In this document: positions 61,078-64,000 of the stretch, piece after piece
How positions within the stretch are numbered: position 1 is the stretch's first letter
Layout of the letters: each line of letters begins with the position of its first letter
DNA from: Dudresnaya verticillata
Taxonomy: Eukaryota
NCBI GenBank assembly: GCA_977862235.1
Contig: OZ374560.1
Location: 496,001-560,000, forward strand
Length of the DNA: 64,000 nt
Direction of reading: 5' to 3'
Translations under genes and position numbers: made by a program
The notes under the pieces: generated by a model
What the model saw: only the letters and a program-made list of their open reading frames with translations
What the model was told of the DNA's origin: nothing
The model's database searches: none

Positions 61078-64000
61078 CTTCGTCCCCATGTGGTCCTCTT
61101 CTTCTCCCGTCCCCCTCTCCGGCTGACGGCCTCGGGGACTCCCTACTCATCAAGAGCCCGTTACGCTTTACCTTCCACGCTTGTAACGCATGGGACAGGG
61201 CGTCACTTGTCGTTTACAGAGATGGGCAACGGCTTAAAGTCTTCGTCCACACTGTTGATGAGGAGATGAAGTGCTGTGCATCACAGTGCCCCACGAACCA
61301 CATTGCGATGAGGAGTGTGGTTTGGTTAAGAAAATGTCCTGCTCTGAATCGAGTTGTCTCCAACCTTGGACAAAAAAGCTTTTTAGCCAAATGGCCAAAA
61401 AGCCACTGTGCAGCAGAACGAACGAGACATTATGATACCCCTGCTGCGACTTTGTGCGACGCACAGAGAAAACCTTCCCCAGCCAGTGATAAACCATGGC
61501 AGAGTTAAGGCAGGATTGGCATGGTTTGTAGCAACGGCATCTCTTTTCCAATATGCTCCCCGTGCTCCGTACCTGGAGCACTTGGTTTCATCTCGATCCG
61601 CAATGCGCCATTATGCGCCGTGCTGTTCTCGTTACACGACAGTTTCAAAACAGTTTGGTTGTTGCGATGTAGACGAAAATGGGGTTTCGGAAACGAACCG
61701 AGAATGCCCAGACGGATTGCTTTCCGCTTTCGGAGGGATCCATATCCATTAACCAGGGTCTTCCACTGGTGATATACATTCAGAGAATGGAAAGGTTTCC
61801 AGATCTCACAGTGATAGAGATAGGTTCAATAGGCACTCCGTCACAGTAATCTTGACGGGTGCTGCCATGCCGAGAAGAATGATTTGAGAACTTGTAACCT
61901 TAAAAACCGCAACGACGCCCCGCTTCTTGTAGTGTGGACAAGTAATGCTGGTACGACTGACTGAATACCTTGTCATTTTCAGTCAGGCTCGTGCAGGGCT
62001 TCAGCGAGTGGGCGGAGGGCGCCGAGCTTGGATGGGCATTTGAAAGATACCGGGAACGTGACGAGGTGTCACCGCACTGCAAGCTTCCCATCTTGATGGT
62101 CCGAGAGAAGGAGCGCTGGTGCGTAGCGGAGAGATGGGTAGACCGGCACAGCCCTCTGTCCTACCGCTGAATGCGCTCCATGCGTGGTTTATCTCGCACA
62201 CATTTTCCTTGTGCACGGGATGGGTGAGAAGAATCCTGAACTGCGCTACGGAGAGCGACGTTCGGGAACTTTGTGAGGCCCTGAAGTGTGTGGTCTGCAT
62301 GCAACGAAGCTGTTGTGTCCTTCGACCCTTCAACCGTTCGCAAACTTTCGACAAATTGCTGTTGCAGGTGTGCATGGCCGGCCTTCAGGGCCATCTTCCT
62401 GCCATTTCGACACTGCGTGCTACTCTCCTCTGCTCTTTTCACCCTCGACGACCTCTGTATCGCAGCAGCCAATCAAGCACAATACCTTGGCGATGAACTC
62501 CTGAACTCAGGAAAGTCTGGTATCGCCGAAAGTACAGCTCGCGTGACCAAGGCCAAAAGGCTATTGGAGGCTGGTTAGTTTTCCCCACGCATACCAGCTC
62601 GGCTTCTCGATATGTATACTATACGTTCGTGACAGCACTTCTGGAGTGCGGGCTGGCAATAACCCCATTGACCACCCACCCCTCCAAAATTTCGAGCAAT
62701 GGGACTAGGTAAACTCTCTCTTCTTTCGGATAGTCACAGTCATAGATCAAAAGAGTACGTACATGCCGACTTCACTACTTATTAATCTCCGTACTCTCTT
62801 TCGGGTTGTGGACATCAGGGACCCCCAAGTTCTCCTGCAACGTACCTTCTTCCACAAGCTTTGAAAGATTGTCCAATTTGGCAACCACAACGTCCGATGG
62901 GCAATCGACGTGACGCTTGTCGCGATACGCACTCTCACCACGTCTCCATCTCTCACGCCCTGTAATCCTGTCCTACTACTTCCGATGAAAGGGAATCCTT
63001 TCAGGAATAGGCGAGCTCCAGTCTACAATGCCGACAATTTTGCCTCGCCGTCCAAATGAAATAGCCAGTCCACAGCATGCTGACTGTCCGGTAGCGCCTA
63101 GCGACGTTCCCAATCCATCTTTTGAACCTTTCCAGATTTCAACGCGTGGGAACCCGCCGCCGCCAGGATCTCCAGGCCTTCTCCCATACGCATCCCTCCC
63201 GAAATACCGTTACAACCGTCAACGACGCAATTGAAGGTATCCGCCATATCCCCGAACGCTCGTGTCCTACGACCACGCACGTATCTCCAGAGTGATATAA
63301 CCACCTTGTAGCGTACTGTGTTTGCCAATAGACCCTAGCCGCAGAAAATGTTTGACCACCCCCAACTTCATTTCAAACCGTCTTTCCGAATGATGTGACA
63401 GTGCCAATGCACATAACTGAAGGCAGCGGGGTGAACATGAGAAAGCAGGCGGGGCAAGGGAGGGTGAAGACCTTTCTCACCGGGGTGTGGAAGGGCAACA
63501 TGTAGGTGAAGAAGATTGTGACGGAGCACTACTTTAGCCCATACAATGCGATGCAACGATGCATGTGAAGGCTCTCCGTACCACCAGTCAGCAATTATGC
63601 TTTGCCATGAGCAACATTGGTCTTATTTACTGATCGTTTTTCACGCGAAACTCCCGCATTGGAGACGATGAGGCACGCTTCCCCAGCTTATTGCCAACAT
63701 GCATTGCATGGTCTACTGCTTACGCAGCGCCGCACCGCGACCAAAGCTGTGGCCGACGTTTGCGCGGTTCGAATGACTAGGGCGAGCCGCCGAACCCGAA
63801 CTGGAAGGCACGTGAGTGTCGTCCGATGTACGGTTAACACCGGGAGTCGCCATGCGAGCCCGGTACGCCGGGCGCGCGCGGACTGGGCCAGCGGGTCCGG
63901 CGGCTCCGTTCATTCCCGGGCGATAAGTCGGGCGGAACGAGCCGGGAGCATTGGTGGACTTGTACTTGGAGTCTCCCTGACGACGGGACGGATAACGGCC

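Noticed and set aside
61234..62578. Decayed pre-SET or RING-finger gene in Cys-rich ORF fragments
   Set aside because: Cys/His spacing does not fit a complete motif in any single frame.
60744..62634. Solo LTR bounded by TGTCACGA...TCGTGACA
   Set aside because: Only an 8-bp inverted match, no target-site duplication and no second copy.

Overview
Eukaryotic genomic DNA. The compact, nearly intron-free genes and the transposon families suggest a florideophyte red alga (inference). Bases 1-29.1 kb are a nest of decayed transposons: a Copia (GalEa-like) 5' fragment, three related chromodomain-type Ty3/Gypsy elements (A remnant 3529-6072 +, B 7022-16328 -, C 16342-28315 +), a fourth LTR fragment, and the 3' half of a pogo/Fot1-like DNA transposon. 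Bases 29-64 kb are host sequence with two Tudor-like genes, a SET1/Trx-type SET gene, three bZIP paralogues, a two-exon Cys-rich/coiled-coil gene and a pre-miRNA-like hairpin. Two observations stand out. (1) All three Gypsy elements carry a homologous, large antisense accessory ORF next to the 3' LTR. (2) Element B is peppered with the palindrome CCGTNACGG (21 exact copies counted by eye in about 9.3 kb, in the LTR and in all reading frames), while A and C carry different enriched short words. Together these suggest a possible family-specific 'accessory protein + dispersed binding motif' system, reminiscent of VANDAL/VANC anti-silencing. This is a hypothesis. All counts and alignments were done by eye.
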